Below are positions 1 to 10,870 of a DNA stretch of 64,000 nucleotides, piece after piece. This DNA comes from Selaginella moellendorffii. Its lineage: Eukaryota > Plantae > Lycopodiophyta. The stretch is taken from assembly GCF_000143415.4 (NCBI RefSeq), contig NW_003314267.1, positions 2,397,839 to 2,461,838 on the forward strand, given 5' to 3'. Under the pieces are notes generated by a model. The model was not told where the DNA came from. It saw only the letters and a list, made by a program, of their open reading frames with translations, and did no database searches. Every line of letters starts with the position of its first letter. The first letter of the stretch is position 1. A program made the translations under genes and the position numbers.

Positions 1-220
1 AACCATGGTTTCATGTTTGAAGCTTTCTAGTTTTAGAGTTAAGAGAGCTCGTGTACTGATGCTGAATGCATCGCAAGGTTTTGCAGCAGTTCTTCTTGCA
101 GTATGTACTTTAGGACTAAAGATCTTTGTTCCTTTTCTTTTGAAGTTGCTCCTCGATTGCTGTTCTAAACTTTGTTTTTTGGGTGTTCCTCCTGGTTTCT
201 TGCCTTCGTTTCTTATACAG

Positions 221-1127
221 GCTATGATGAGAATGGTGGCGATGAGGCGCAGCACCAGCAGGCACAGCAGAATCCAGCGCTGGCCGGGCTTCCACCGCCT
301 CCTGGCGAATATGTAAGTTGCTTTACGTCTCCTATATATCTAGTGTTTAAACTTGTAGAACTGGTTTTCATAGGTGCAAGCCGCGTATCCATATTCGGAC
401 CCCTTCTTTGGTGGTATGATGGCGGCGGCGTATGCAGGCCAGGGCTTAGTAAGCTATAGAACTGTGGATTTGTTGGATTCAAGGTTGAGCTTTTGTGGTT
501 TGTTTGTTTCGCAGGTCCAACCTCATGTACTTGGGCTCCAGCAAGCTCGCATGCCACTTCCAACGGAAATTCTCGAAGAAGAGCCGGTTTATGTCAATGC
601 GAAGCAGTACCACGGCATCCTTCGCCGCAGGCAAAGCCGAGCGAAAGCCGAGTCGGAGAACAGACTGATCAAAACTCGCAAGGTTGGCAATCTTAGAAAA
701 ACTCTTTGTTTCGTTTTTCCTTTTCTTTCTTTTCTGATCAAACTTTGGAAACTTTGAACAGCCTTACCTACACGAATCCCGGCATCTCCACGCCTTACGG
801 AGAGCTCGAGGCTGTGGGGGCAGATTTCTCAACAAAAAGACCAACAAAGACAGCGAAACCGAGACAACGATGACAAACGTGACATCTAACACTTCCACCG
901 GCAGCCGCAACCGCAACACCACCAACATCAACGCTCCCAGCAATCGATCTGAGAGCTTATCATCGGTAACCACAGGAAACCTGGAAGCGAGTAACGCCTA
1001 CCATCACGTAATGGCATTCTCGAACGGCCACCATAGCTTGCAACAGGACTCGCAGCTGTTCCACGCTTCGGCATTCCATCCCATCTCCGGCGATGAAGGA
1101 GTCCAAGCAGTGGCAGCAATGCAATGA
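221..1127 (+). CDS. NF-YA: Nuclear factor Y subunit A (CCAAT-binding HAP2 family); 5' exon(s) not resolved
   Basis: GT-AG exons 221-312, 374-448, 515-682 and 762-1127 encode [25 protein letters not shown]...[23 protein letters not shown], the NF-YA signature. Confidence 0.95.
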
Positions 1128-1647
1128 GAAGAGATCCATCCAACTTTCGAGAAGTTCGACGAAGACTGTCTCTGAGCTGCGCTAAGAAGAAGGAAAAAAG
1201 AAAGAAAAAGAAGAAATGAGTGTCAAGTTCTAGGAAAACGTAGAGAAGAGAGGAGGAGTTTAGTTTGATCCTTTTGTTGTGGCGTGTATAGATTATTGAC
1301 GCAAGCACAACACGATGGTGATTATTTTATGCTGTGTTTGCGATTCCACTTGGCAGCCAGGAACTTTGTCTAGTTTTTGGTACGGACGCTCTCTTCTACG
1401 GCGCTTCGTCTTCCTAGGTCAGAGTCAAAAATATCCATCTAGTATTTGAAACTATTTTCTTCAAAAAAAATTTCAAAATTCATTTTTTTAAACGAATAAA
1501 TTATTTCTAAACCTTTATGTATGACGTGTAAGAATACGGGATAAAAAAGAAATTCCTTTGCACGTTTTTTTCCAATTCCCAAAACAATGCACCTTTATCT
1601 TACAAATCCGTATTGGAACAAAGTTCCTCTCAAGCTTCCGTCAAGTT

Positions 1648-4419
1648 TCATCTCCCAATCAACGAATGCGGGGCAGACGAAGTCCCGGACGACTGCGAGG
1701 AGATCGAGAACGCAGTCGAGGAGGAGGTGGCGGTCGCGCTGCCAGACGAGGAGGCGGCGGAGGAATCCATCGCCACCTTGGGTGGCGGCGGAAGCAGCAC
1801 CGCCAAATTCCCCTCCAGCATTTGCACCACCTTACTCATCACCGGCCTCGCACTGGCCACGTCCTGTATACACCAAAACGCCGCCTTCACCACCCTCTCC
1901 AGCTGCACGCCGTCAACGTCCGCGCGGTACATCCGCTCGTCCACCGCGCCCTCGAGCCGCCCGGCCTCGAGCTCCCTGTAAAGGTAAGCCGGGTACCGCT
2001 GCATGCCGCGCGGTACCGCGCGGCACGTGTCGAAGTTGCGCCGCCCGCCCACCAGCTCCAGCACCACCATGCCGTAGCTGTACACGTCCGACTTGGCGGT
2101 AATGGGCATATTCGCCAGCCACTCCGGCGCCATGTAGCCACGTGTCCCGCGCACAGTGGTCAGGTTGCGTGCGTTGCCCTCGTCGATGAGCCGCGCCAGG
2201 CCAAAGTCCGAGACCTTGGGTGCGAAGCTATCGTCCAGGAGGATATTCTCTGGCTTGAGGTCGCAGTGGACGATTGGCTCGCGGCATTCCTCGTGGAGAT
2301 AGGCGAGAGCCCTAGCGGTGCCCAGCGCGATCTTGAATCGCGTCGGCCAGTCCAGCGATGGCCGCGCTCCCTGGTAAGAATCGTCCTCGTCTTCGCCGGG
2401 CGCGAGTGGTCTTGACGATGTCGATAAGCTGGTGGATGTAGTGGCGCTGGATCTTGCCTCCTGGGCGCCAGATCGTGAGAGATTGCTGGATCGCGACGGC
2501 AATGCTGCTGCCTGGCCTCCAGACTTCGAAATATCGCTGGATTGCAACGAGAATGGCCGCGACGCGTCGCTGGATTGCAATGCTGCTGCCTGGCCTCCAG
2601 ACTTCGAAATATCGCTGGATCGCAACGAGAATGGCCGCGACGCGTCGTTGGATTGCCAGGATCTATCTTGGCCCCATTCCAGGTCGTGGTCGTGGTGGAA
2701 GAGGAAGCGATCCAGCGATCCATTGGGCAGGAACTCGTAGACGAGCAATCGCGTCTCGGCTCCCTCGGCGCAAAATCCCACCAGGCGCATCAGATTCATG
2801 TGGTGCGTGCTCCCGATCGTCGCTACCTCGGTCCGAAACTCCTTCTCCCCCTGGAAAATCCCCTCGAGCTTCTTCACGGCTATGGCGGTCTTGCTCACAG
2901 GGAGCGCGATGGATCCCTTGTACACGGGGCCAAATCCTCCCTCGCCAATCCTCGTCTGGAAGTTATACGTCGCGTTCTGGAGCTCCTTGTACGTGAATCT
3001 CATCGGCGCGCCAGAGGCATAGTCCAGGATGGCGTGCCGCGCGGCTTCCTGGACCCGTCTCGAGTACCGCCGGCGGTACACCGCCCATCCCACCGCCAGC
3101 TCCGCCAGCACCAGCGCCGCCACTGTGACGCCCACGGCAATGCCGATTGCCCGCCCCTGATTCGACGATCCCGGCTCTGACAAGACCGATGTGGGTGGAG
3201 AATTCGCGGCCGAGGTACACACCTTGAGGAAGGCGGTGGATCGGATCGAGGGCGACGAGTAGCCGCTCATGGACGTGGATCGAAACTGGACACAGTGGCC
3301 GGATCCATCGTTTGGGACGAGGCAGCCAAAGCAGCTGGAATCGCCGCGGCAATTGCTCGTGCACTGCTCGCTGTTGCTGTTCGATGTCACGGTGGATCCA
3401 CTCTCGAGCCAAGCGGTGAAGTTCGTCGCGATCAGCTGGTTGCTCTCGGTGGCACAATCGCTGGCCACATTCCCGGTGTTGGTGCATCCAGCGTTACGCC
3501 GGCTGGGATCCACGAAGCCCAGCCCAGTCGGGCAGTCGCATACCGTGCGGTACACCAGCGGTGCCTGGGACGCCACCGCGCGGTACGAGCATATGCCGTA
3601 GTTGCCACAGTAGTTGTACACCTGGCACTGGTCAGACACCGCCTGCCACCGCGCGGACCATACCGCCTCGATTAGAGTGTACAGCCGGAGGTTGCCATCG
3701 TCGTCCAGCGTGAGGCGGCGGCTTTGCCCTGGCCCATAATCCTCCGGGAAGAACTGGCGCACTGTGGAGGTGGCGTTGAGATTGAGCACGCCATTGACAT
3801 CCACCACCGCATTCGTGGGAATCGAGGAATTTCCATTCCCATCGGTGTCGCTGCTCCAGTACTGCGCGCTTCCCCAGCGAAGCGTGAGATTGCCCGATTG
3901 ATCCATGGCGAGGCTGTAGCCGCCGGCGCGCGAGGTGAGATTGCGGCCCCTGGAGAGGAATTGGCCGGGGAGGAGCGTGCTGCTGGGATGATCGAAGCTG
4001 CTCCACACGACCTGGCCGCTGGAGTTCCGGAGCGCGAGATTACCTGATTCTTGGAGCTGCCCGGACGAAGCCCCAGTGGCGCCGCTCGTCCACGATGTGA
4101 TGCTGGCGCCGTCGCGCACCGCCAGGGATCCATCGCTGGAGAGCTCGAGGATTGCGCCGGGGCGTGACGCCGGGGCGGCAGTGTCCCACACCAAGACTTG
4201 CTGCGGATCCGCGCGGTACCAAATCCCTAGCTCGAATTCCCCGGGGCTGCGCGGCGATGGCGCAAATCCGAGGGAGAAGCTGCCGCTGGAGACCGATGTT
4301 GCCGCGCCCGCGGTGGCGATCGTTTGCCCTGACGCGAATTGGTCCTGCGCGAGAGAGGAGGGGAGAGAAGAAGAGATCCAGAGTATGGCTATGGCGGAGG
4401 AGAGGAGAGCATCCACCAT
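1648..4419 (-). CDS. G-type (bulb) lectin S-domain receptor-like Ser/Thr kinase, intronless, 923 aa
   Basis: Signal peptide, B-lectin (VWSSFDHPSSTLLPGQ), EGF/PAN cysteines, TM helix and kinase motifs GEGGFG, VAVKK-like IAVKK, HCDLKPEN, DFG, GTRGYMAPE, SDVYSYG. Confidence 0.96.
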   Translation of the reverse strand: MVDALLSSAIAILWISSSLPSSLAQDQFASGQTIATAGAATSVSSGSFSLGFAPSPRSPGEFELGIWYRADPQQVLVWDTAAPASRPGAILELSSDGSLAVRDGASITSWTSGATGASSGQLQESGNLALRNSSGQVVWSSFDHPSSTLLPGQFLSRGRNLTSRAGGYSLAMDQSGNLTLRWGSAQYWSSDTDGNGNSSIPTNAVVDVNGVLNLNATSTVRQFFPEDYGPGQSRRLTLDDDGNLRLYTLIEAVWSARWQAVSDQCQVYNYCGNYGICSYRAVASQAPLVYRTVCDCPTGLGFVDPSRRNAGCTNTGNVASDCATESNQLIATNFTAWLESGSTVTSNSNSEQCTSNCRGDSSCFGCLVPNDGSGHCVQFRSTSMSGYSSPSIRSTAFLKVCTSAANSPPTSVLSEPGSSNQGRAIGIAVGVTVAALVLAELAVGWAVYRRRYSRRVQEAARHAILDYASGAPMRFTYKELQNATYNFQTRIGEGGFGPVYKGSIALPVSKTAIAVKKLEGIFQGEKEFRTEVATIGSTHHMNLMRLVGFCAEGAETRLLVYEFLPNGSLDRFLFHHDHDLEWGQDRSWQSNDASRPFSLRSSDISKSGGQAAALQSSDASRPFSLQSSDISKSGGQAAALPSRSSNLSRSGAQEARSSATTSTSLSTSSRPLAPGEDEDDSYQGARPSLDWPTRFKIALGTARALAYLHEECREPIVHCDLKPENILLDDSFAPKVSDFGLARLIDEGNARNLTTVRGTRGYMAPEWLANMPITAKSDVYSYGMVVLELVGGRRNFDTCRAVPRGMQRYPAYLYRELEAGRLEGAVDERMYRADVDGVQLERVVKAAFWCIQDVASARPVMSKVVQMLEGNLAVLLPPPPKVAMDSSAASSSGSATATSSSTAFSISSQSSGTSSAPHSLIGR
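2501..2656. repeat. 78-bp in-frame tandem repeat (2 copies) inside the kinase domain of the RLK
   Basis: aatgctgctgcctggcctccagacttcgaaatatcgctggat... starts at 2501 and again at 2579; it encodes a 26-aa Ser-rich unit. Confidence 0.9.
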
Positions 4420-4616
4420 TCTTTCTTCCTCCTCGTGCTCTCACTCGAATTCCATGGTGATGATCGACTTACGTTAGGCTATTGTATGTAGCTTGTCGCG
4501 ATACACATTCAAAGACTTTGGGCAGCAGCGCGTTTTTGTCTCATTTTTTTTCCGTTCGTTCACACCTTTGATTGATAAATGAAGGTTTAGGGCTTTTCGG
4601 GTTTTAGGGTTCTTCG

Positions 4617-5914
4617 ATGCCGGGATGGAGGGCGCACTGCCCGGGGCGATTCCGTGGCCTGCGCCGTGGAAGCTTCGTATCGCTGGCTGGAGCAATCAAC
4701 CCGCGAGCGACGAATGCGCTCCATTTTCATCGATTTTGCGTCAGATGCGTGTGGACACACAACGAGGTCTGTTCGAGTGGGATGGCTTTAGTCCAATCTA
4801 GCACGGTCCGAATGCAAGCAATCCCCGAAGGAAGAGCTTTTTCTGTTTTAGCAGGGCGATTGGAAGCCCACGCGATTGAAATGGAGGATTGTGGTTTCGT
4901 ATGACGGCACTCGTTTCTCTGGTAACACTTTTATCTCTCCTCGGTTGCTTGTCTCGGTGATCGAGAGGTTTGATCTCAAGGGTGGCAGTACCAGCCGGAT
5001 TTTCCAACCGTCCAAGGATTGATCGAGGATGCACTGACAAAGCTAACGCGTTACACCCGAGAAGAGCTCCTCATGGCGGCCGCAAGTAGGACGGATGCTG
5101 GAGTTCACGCTCTGGGCCAGGTAAGTTCATCCTCTTCTTCTCTTCGATCTTTTACAACTACTTTCTCTATCTCTCTCCAGGTCGCGCACTTCCATTCTCC
5201 TGCTTGTATCGGCGACTTGAGCCGGATCCATCGGGGCCTAAACGGCACGCTTCCTCACGAGATTCGTGTTCGTGAAATCTCTCCAGCGAAATCTAGCTTT
5301 CACGCCCAGGCTTGTGCTCGGACAAAGAGGTACCAGTACAAACTTTTCGTGGCTCCAGTCATGGATCCACTCTTGCGCTTGTACGCGTACCACGTACCTG
5401 AGAGGCTCGACGTTGCTGCTATGGCGGAAGCTTGCGGCTACTTCGTTGGGAAGCACGACTTCTCGACGTTTAGCAACTCATCGACGCTCCGGCCCCTGCA
5501 AAATCCCGTTCGAGAGATCTTGCGTTTCGAACTGCTGGAGCAGGCAAGCTTGGTTTCGTTTGCTCAAGAATCGGCTTTTAATCTCTTCTCTCTTGTGGCA
5601 GGGTCCAGTTCTTTGCTTCGAAATCGAAGGCACGGGATTCTTCCACAAGCAAATAAGAAACATGGTTCGTTTTCTCTTCACTTTCTTCTTGGATCTCAAA
5701 TTCCTTCGTGGAATTTCGTCAGGTGGGATTGATCGTTGCGATTGGCAAAGGAGAGCACCAGGCTCGAGTGATTCCAGAGCTCTTGGCTATGAAAGATCGC
5801 CAAAAACTAGCTAGAGTTTCTATCACTGCTCCCTCCCGAGGACTCACGCTTGTCTCCGTCCACTACGACCAAAGCGATCTTGACTTGCCGGAAAATCTAC
5901 TGTGTAGAAAGTAA
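4617..5914 (+). CDS. tRNA pseudouridine synthase A (TruA family), multi-exon; start uncertain
   Basis: KWRIVVSYDGTRFSGWQYQ, ASRTDAGVHALGQV (catalytic Asp), GKHDFSTF, GTGFFHKQIRNMVG, TAPSRGLTL; short introns including GC-AG 5544-5601. Confidence 0.92.
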
Positions 5915-6246
5915 AACGAAGAATATGCTTCGACTTTTTGAAAGTTCTTGACAATCATGGTTAGAAGGCGCCATTGAAGAGCGCCAGCGTCGCAACCCAA
6001 TTCACCCCTTCTCGATGCAGCCATGAAGTAGCGCCTGGCTGGAAGGTTGTTGGGGCTGATCGCGAGGATTGTTCTTCTTCTGGAATCGAAATCGACATCG
6101 CCCTCGACATCAGATGAATCGATCGCTACTCTCGACGAGCTTCCAGGGGAAGGAGAAGATGCTGACGAGCGAGACGAGCACTCCAGCGCTTCTAGCGGTC
6201 CAGAGGAGATCTTGCCTGAGATTGACAAGGGTATTGGCTGGAGCGA

Positions 6247-6393
6247 TCATATTGGCGGGGTGAGGATGGCGAGCACGATGCTGATCGTGGCGATGATCAG
6301 TGCCGCCAGCACCGATAATGGGAGAGCTGGATCGTAGATGACGACTGTGGCGAACGTCACAGCCAGGCCCACGAAACTAAAGGCCGCCATCAT
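6247..6393 (-). CDS. Putative 48-aa hydrophobic peptide, or a longer ORF broken by a TGA
   Basis: MMAAFSFVGLAVTFATVVIYDPALPLSVLAALIIATISIVLAILTPPI*; the same frame stays open after the TGA to 5863. Confidence 0.3.
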   Translation of the reverse strand: MMAAFSFVGLAVTFATVVIYDPALPLSVLAALIIATISIVLAILTPPI

Positions 6394-6397
6394 CAGC

Positions 6398-7015
6398 GGG
6401 AAGATGGGTTGGTTGATCGCGCTGGGAGTGCGTGTATCTCGCGAATTCTGGAAGAAGCAGTAGATCTGGCATACAAATTCGAGGGAGGAGAGAAAAAAAA
6501 ATCGAGCGCAAACGAGAACTTCCGAAATATCCTCGAAAAGAACTTGGCTACTCCCTTTGTGTGCAATCCTCTACTACGTGCGGTTTCTAGATCTCCATCA
6601 GACACAGAGATTCCTGTAGTTCTTACGTAGTGCATGTCGCCTATCACTATCACAAACGAGCCAAGGTGTTAGATCCTCAGGGGGTTTCTGGAAAGATGCC
6701 GACTGGGCCACGGCCTGGAGCAGCTCGTCCAGCCCCCTAGCCGTATCTCTGCAGCTTCATTCCTGGGAACTGGTTGATCATTTATGGTACAGGATCAGTG
6801 GTGGCTTGTTTGACGAGACATCAGCTATCTACAAACACGTTTCCGAATGGAAGGTGTTCTTCTGAGACATTCAACTTGGGTGACGATGCGGCTGGGCGCT
6901 GGACCGCTTTCGGGGATGGCTTTGTGTGACAGCCAGGCTTTGCTTGTCCTGCTCGGGACGATCGGACCTGAGAAAGGAAGAATATGCCGCAAAATGGCAT
7001 TGCATCGAAGGTAGT
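6398..7015 (+). pseudogene. Degenerate paralog of the F-box gene at 44878-45954
   Basis: Collinear similarity by eye (ctttgtgtgcaatcctct, ttcttac..gtgcatgtcgcc, ttctggaaaga..gccgactgggcca, gacattc.acttggg.gacga.gcgg.tgggcgctgg, cagccaggctttgct, aggaagaatatgcc) with many indels and stops. Confidence 0.8.
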
Positions 7016-7985
7016 TATTGTAATTCGAAGAGAAAAGCTCCACGTCTATATAACGCTCGTACGGATGGCTTTCTAGATCGTGACTTAGGATCTCAAACTC
7101 TTGGAATTTAGATAAGCATTTGCAGCGGACGAGGACAATACAAGACCGACTTCCTTTGTTTCTAAGCTATGATCTTCATTGTCCCGAGCGATTGCTAGTC
7201 TTCACATGGTCAACTTTTGTTGAAGTGTTTCCTGGTTGTTTAGACTGAGACGCTGTGCAAGATGGAAGAGTGTGGAACCAATTGTGGCCTAACTGCCGAG
7301 AACTGAAATCTCGGCATAGAAACAAGCTTTGAAAGGTCGGAGGAGAGACTACAGGAGCAGACTTGGTATAGATTTAGATTCGGACAGGTCCAACCAGCCT
7401 CAAATATCAAGTTCAAGGGTATCTGATGTGTTCGTGCTTGATCACAGTGTACTCCAAGTTTGAGGCAAGCCACAATCAAGAGCTCGGGTGGCAAAGCCGG
7501 ATCTACTTTCCTGGAACGCGGATATCCGGCTACGTCGACAATGAGGTTGCTCTAGAACTCTTATGAGGTGGGCGCCCTCGGTACTCTCGGCCCTGGCATC
7601 CACAGAAGCTGGAGAAACAATCGGTCTCGCTGGAGATTCGTACGGAAGACGGTGGATTGCGAACGAAGTGACGTGAATTGCCACCTTCTAAAAGTGTGAT
7701 CAAGCTGGAGTCTTCCTTAACATTCTCTACTCCATCCTTCTAGGGAGTTGCGTAGTTCCCGCAGACGACACGTACACCAGCCATTTACCACATATGCATA
7801 TGTTACGTATTAATACAAGTAAGCCGCAGCGAAGTGTTTATTTGTAGCGTATTTACTCAAAGTAAGTAAAAATGGTTGACGCGAGGCAATATCAGGTGGA
7901 AACACAATAAGACAGATTTTTCTTTCCGTCATTTCTCCAGGATCCGTCCTCTCTGTTGTTTTCACCCCCTGCATCTCTAGATAGA

Positions 7986-8957
7986 ATGCCGAGGAGCAAG
8001 CAGCAGGCATCGCGGGCATCGTCCGTGTCTGATCAGATCGATCAGGAGCGCAGGGAGATGCGCCTGGAGATTAAGGCCTTGCATGTGCATCACAGAAGTA
8101 TCTTTCTCTCTCTCTCTTTGCTCACCTCGATCGTTTGTTTTCGTTTTGCTGCTTGCAAGCACACTGACATAGCAATCGTTCTTCCGTGCAAGGTCAAAGG
8201 AATAACATCAATATCTCTTCGGAGCCAGCGCCGCCGAGGCCCGTAGGCGTGCAGCAACGATGGGAGCCAAACAGCTACCAGCTGCAAATCTTGGAGGAGT
8301 TCTACGCCAAAGCGACGCCACCATCGCCGGAGAACATCGCCAATATAGCCGAGCTCGTCGGCCAGGTCGACCATTCCAAAGTGTACTACTGGTTCAGTAA
8401 CAAGAAGTCCCGCGAGAAACGCAAGCGCCGCCGCCTTGAGGAGGCCGGCGCATCCGCCTCTTCCTCTCCTGCGTTTTCCGCCATCGCCACCACCGCCGCT
8501 GCTTCATCCGGTAAATTACCTCGCGCGCCGCTTCAGAGGAAGAATGGATCATATCTTTCTCTTTTTCTCTCTCTTTTGGATCCATCCCATCGTTCTTTCT
8601 CCTGATCGAGAAGTCTGAGAGCAAGCAGCCGTACCATTTTTTTTCTGTGCAGGGTCGGAGCAATCGCACCATCAGTCGTACGCTGACCAGATCGTGAATG
8701 ACGGTAGTTTTCTCCCAGGTAAGCTCCTTGGATAGTTCCTTCACGAGCTCTTTTTTTTCTTTTTCTTCAGATGCGTGCCTGTTTGAAACCAACGTGACGC
8801 TGGAGCAGCCACGAATCGTAAGTAAGACGAAGGAGGGATATGCCTGACCATATTCTTTTTTTGTTTCTAGATTCCGTCGCACGAAGAAGAATCGCCATTG
8901 CAGTTGAGTCTCGGTTGGAGCTTTGCCAACCTGGACGAGCACTGGGAATTCTCATGA
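7986..8957 (+). CDS. Divergent WUSCHEL-related (WOX-like) homeobox protein
   Basis: Exons 7986-8097, 8193-8510, 8771-8817 and 8871-8957 (3' exons tentative); RWEPNSYQLQILEEFY...PSPENIANI...VYYWFSNKKSREKRK; C-terminal LQLSL. Confidence 0.8.
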
Positions 8958-9710
8958 TCCATTCTTCAAAAAGAATTGTTGATGATATCTTAACCAAATC
9001 TTTTTTATCGTTGATCCAGTGTTTTGATAGATCGGACTCTAAGACGGTTGTCGCCGTTAGGTGATCCGGCTCTGGCCATGGAGTTCGTCTTCAATTGTGG
9101 CGCTGGCGGTCGATCTTGACATCGATAACATGCAGCAGGCTTCCAAGGCGGCGATTATATTTGCTACTGATGATTTGCATGTCTTTGCTTGCACTGTAGG
9201 GAAATGGAAACTAGACGATTATCGAAACGTCCTTCTAAGTAGCACATTCTGGCCGAAGATCTAGACAGGCACCGCTGAAAGACAAAACATTCTGAGACAG
9301 TGTGTTTCATGCTGCACGTGGTGTCATTCGATCATATGTGAGGTTAAACTGTTGTGGTATTCTTTCAAGGCAACCAAGTGCTTGAGACCATGCTCTACTT
9401 GGACAGCATTGATTCCAGCAAAGATCTCTGTCCTGCTAGATTTGAAACGTTTGCTTCTGTTTCTAGGAAGTTCGGCATTCCAAGGCATAAAGAACGCATG
9501 GAGCAGCTGGAAGATCACCCCTGGAATTCTTCATGATCCATTCTTCTGAAATGTTGAGGTATGCCATATTCTTCTGCAAATCTTTTTTCCACCACGTTCA
9601 AGGTGACTATGTCGGTGCAGTTGAAGATCCGGTCGCTAGCGAGCATGGCGGGATCTTCCTCGCCGAAAGCTTTAGATTCACAACCTTTACAACGTTGAAA
9701 AAGTCGGCTT

Positions 9711-9997
9711 ATGCTTTATTTCGTTAAAGTGGAACTTATTCAGTAAAGTGGGACATTAATTAGCATGTGTCCACATGCCATTTCCTAGTACTTAATTAAT
9801 ATTTATTAATATTTCTATCAGTTTTTTAATTTATTTTTTATATTTCACAATATTATAACACAAAATCATATGAAAAGTTTTTAATTTATAAATTATAAAG
9901 CTAAAACTTTAATTTTTTATTGTTGTTATAAAAATGGCATGTGGCCACACACCATAAGTGGGATAATGAAAAGTTCCACTTTAACGAAATAAAGTAT
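9711..9997. mobile_element. MITE, 287 bp
   Basis: TIRs atgctttatttcgttaaagtggaactt / aagttccactttaacgaaataaagtat, inner inverted pair ccacatgccattt / aaatggcatgtgg, AT-rich non-coding core. Confidence 0.85.
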
Positions 9998-10499
9998 GCT
10001 TCTATGAGTTTGAGAGCTTAAAACAACAGTAGCAACCTGAAAGTTTGCTCAGCTCAAAAAGAATCGAAGCTCCTGGGATCCAGCTGCTGGCTCTTGATCC
10101 TGTCAGTTGGGCTTGGACAACAACGCACAGTCGATTTTTCCGAATGACAAGTTTGTTGCGAGGCAAGCTACCGCCTTTTCTCTCTGGTTTGAGTGCTTAC
10201 GTTTCCACAGAGGCGAGATATGCAAGCAAAGGCCATTGAGAAACACCTCGAGTTCTCAGATGAAACTTCGAGCAAAGGTACGACAAGTATGAGAACAAAT
10301 TTCACAAGCGCATCATGCTCAAGAAATGTCTCGCTTAAGAAAGATTTCGTTTGAAAATGCCATCACCTGGGTTGGTTCTCGACTCTTGTACCTCACACAG
10401 CTCCATATTGTGCTTTAGATGCCTCGTTAAGGGATCACTAAAACTTGCAGCAGTGGTGGTGGCAAAAGTGTTGATGATCCTGAGTAAATGTTGCAAGAT

Positions 10500-10830
10500 A
10501 GGGGAATGAAAAACTTCAATCAAGACGGATATAACTGTCGGCTCCAAAGACGTAGTTAAATCCCACCAGATGCTTGTCAAGAATGAAAGTTCCCCCACTC
10601 AAGCTTTTCACAGACAATCGCTATAATAAAAAAAACGAACAATTCATCAATGAGAACTATGGAGAAAGTCATGCAATAGCAAAGCCATGTCCTGCTGAAG
10701 CGCAATGTTTTTCCACATGATTTAGCAGTGACTCAAATCATCCCCAAACTTGTTATGGTATCACTATGATCAGTCATGACGACTTTGCAGCAGCCAATCC
10801 TTCTACCCAAATGGCTAAGCAGTCCTGCAA
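10500..10830 (-). pseudogene. Fragment of a METTL21-like (methyltransferase_16) gene
   Basis: Broken frames read GCCKVVMTDHSD, KIMWKNIALQQ, EKLEWG and GFNYVFGAD; the 5' side is truncated by the retroelement. Confidence 0.5.
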
Positions 10831-10870
10831 ACCAAAGAAGTGTTAGAAAAATGAGAAAGAAGAGAAAACA

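Noticed and set aside
1351-1372. miR169-related site in the NF-YA 3' UTR (cagccaggaactttgtc)
   Set aside because: Weak match and in the miRNA-sense orientation, so not a target site
7100-7800. Gene-like fragments on the minus strand
   Set aside because: All frames interrupted and no family recognisable
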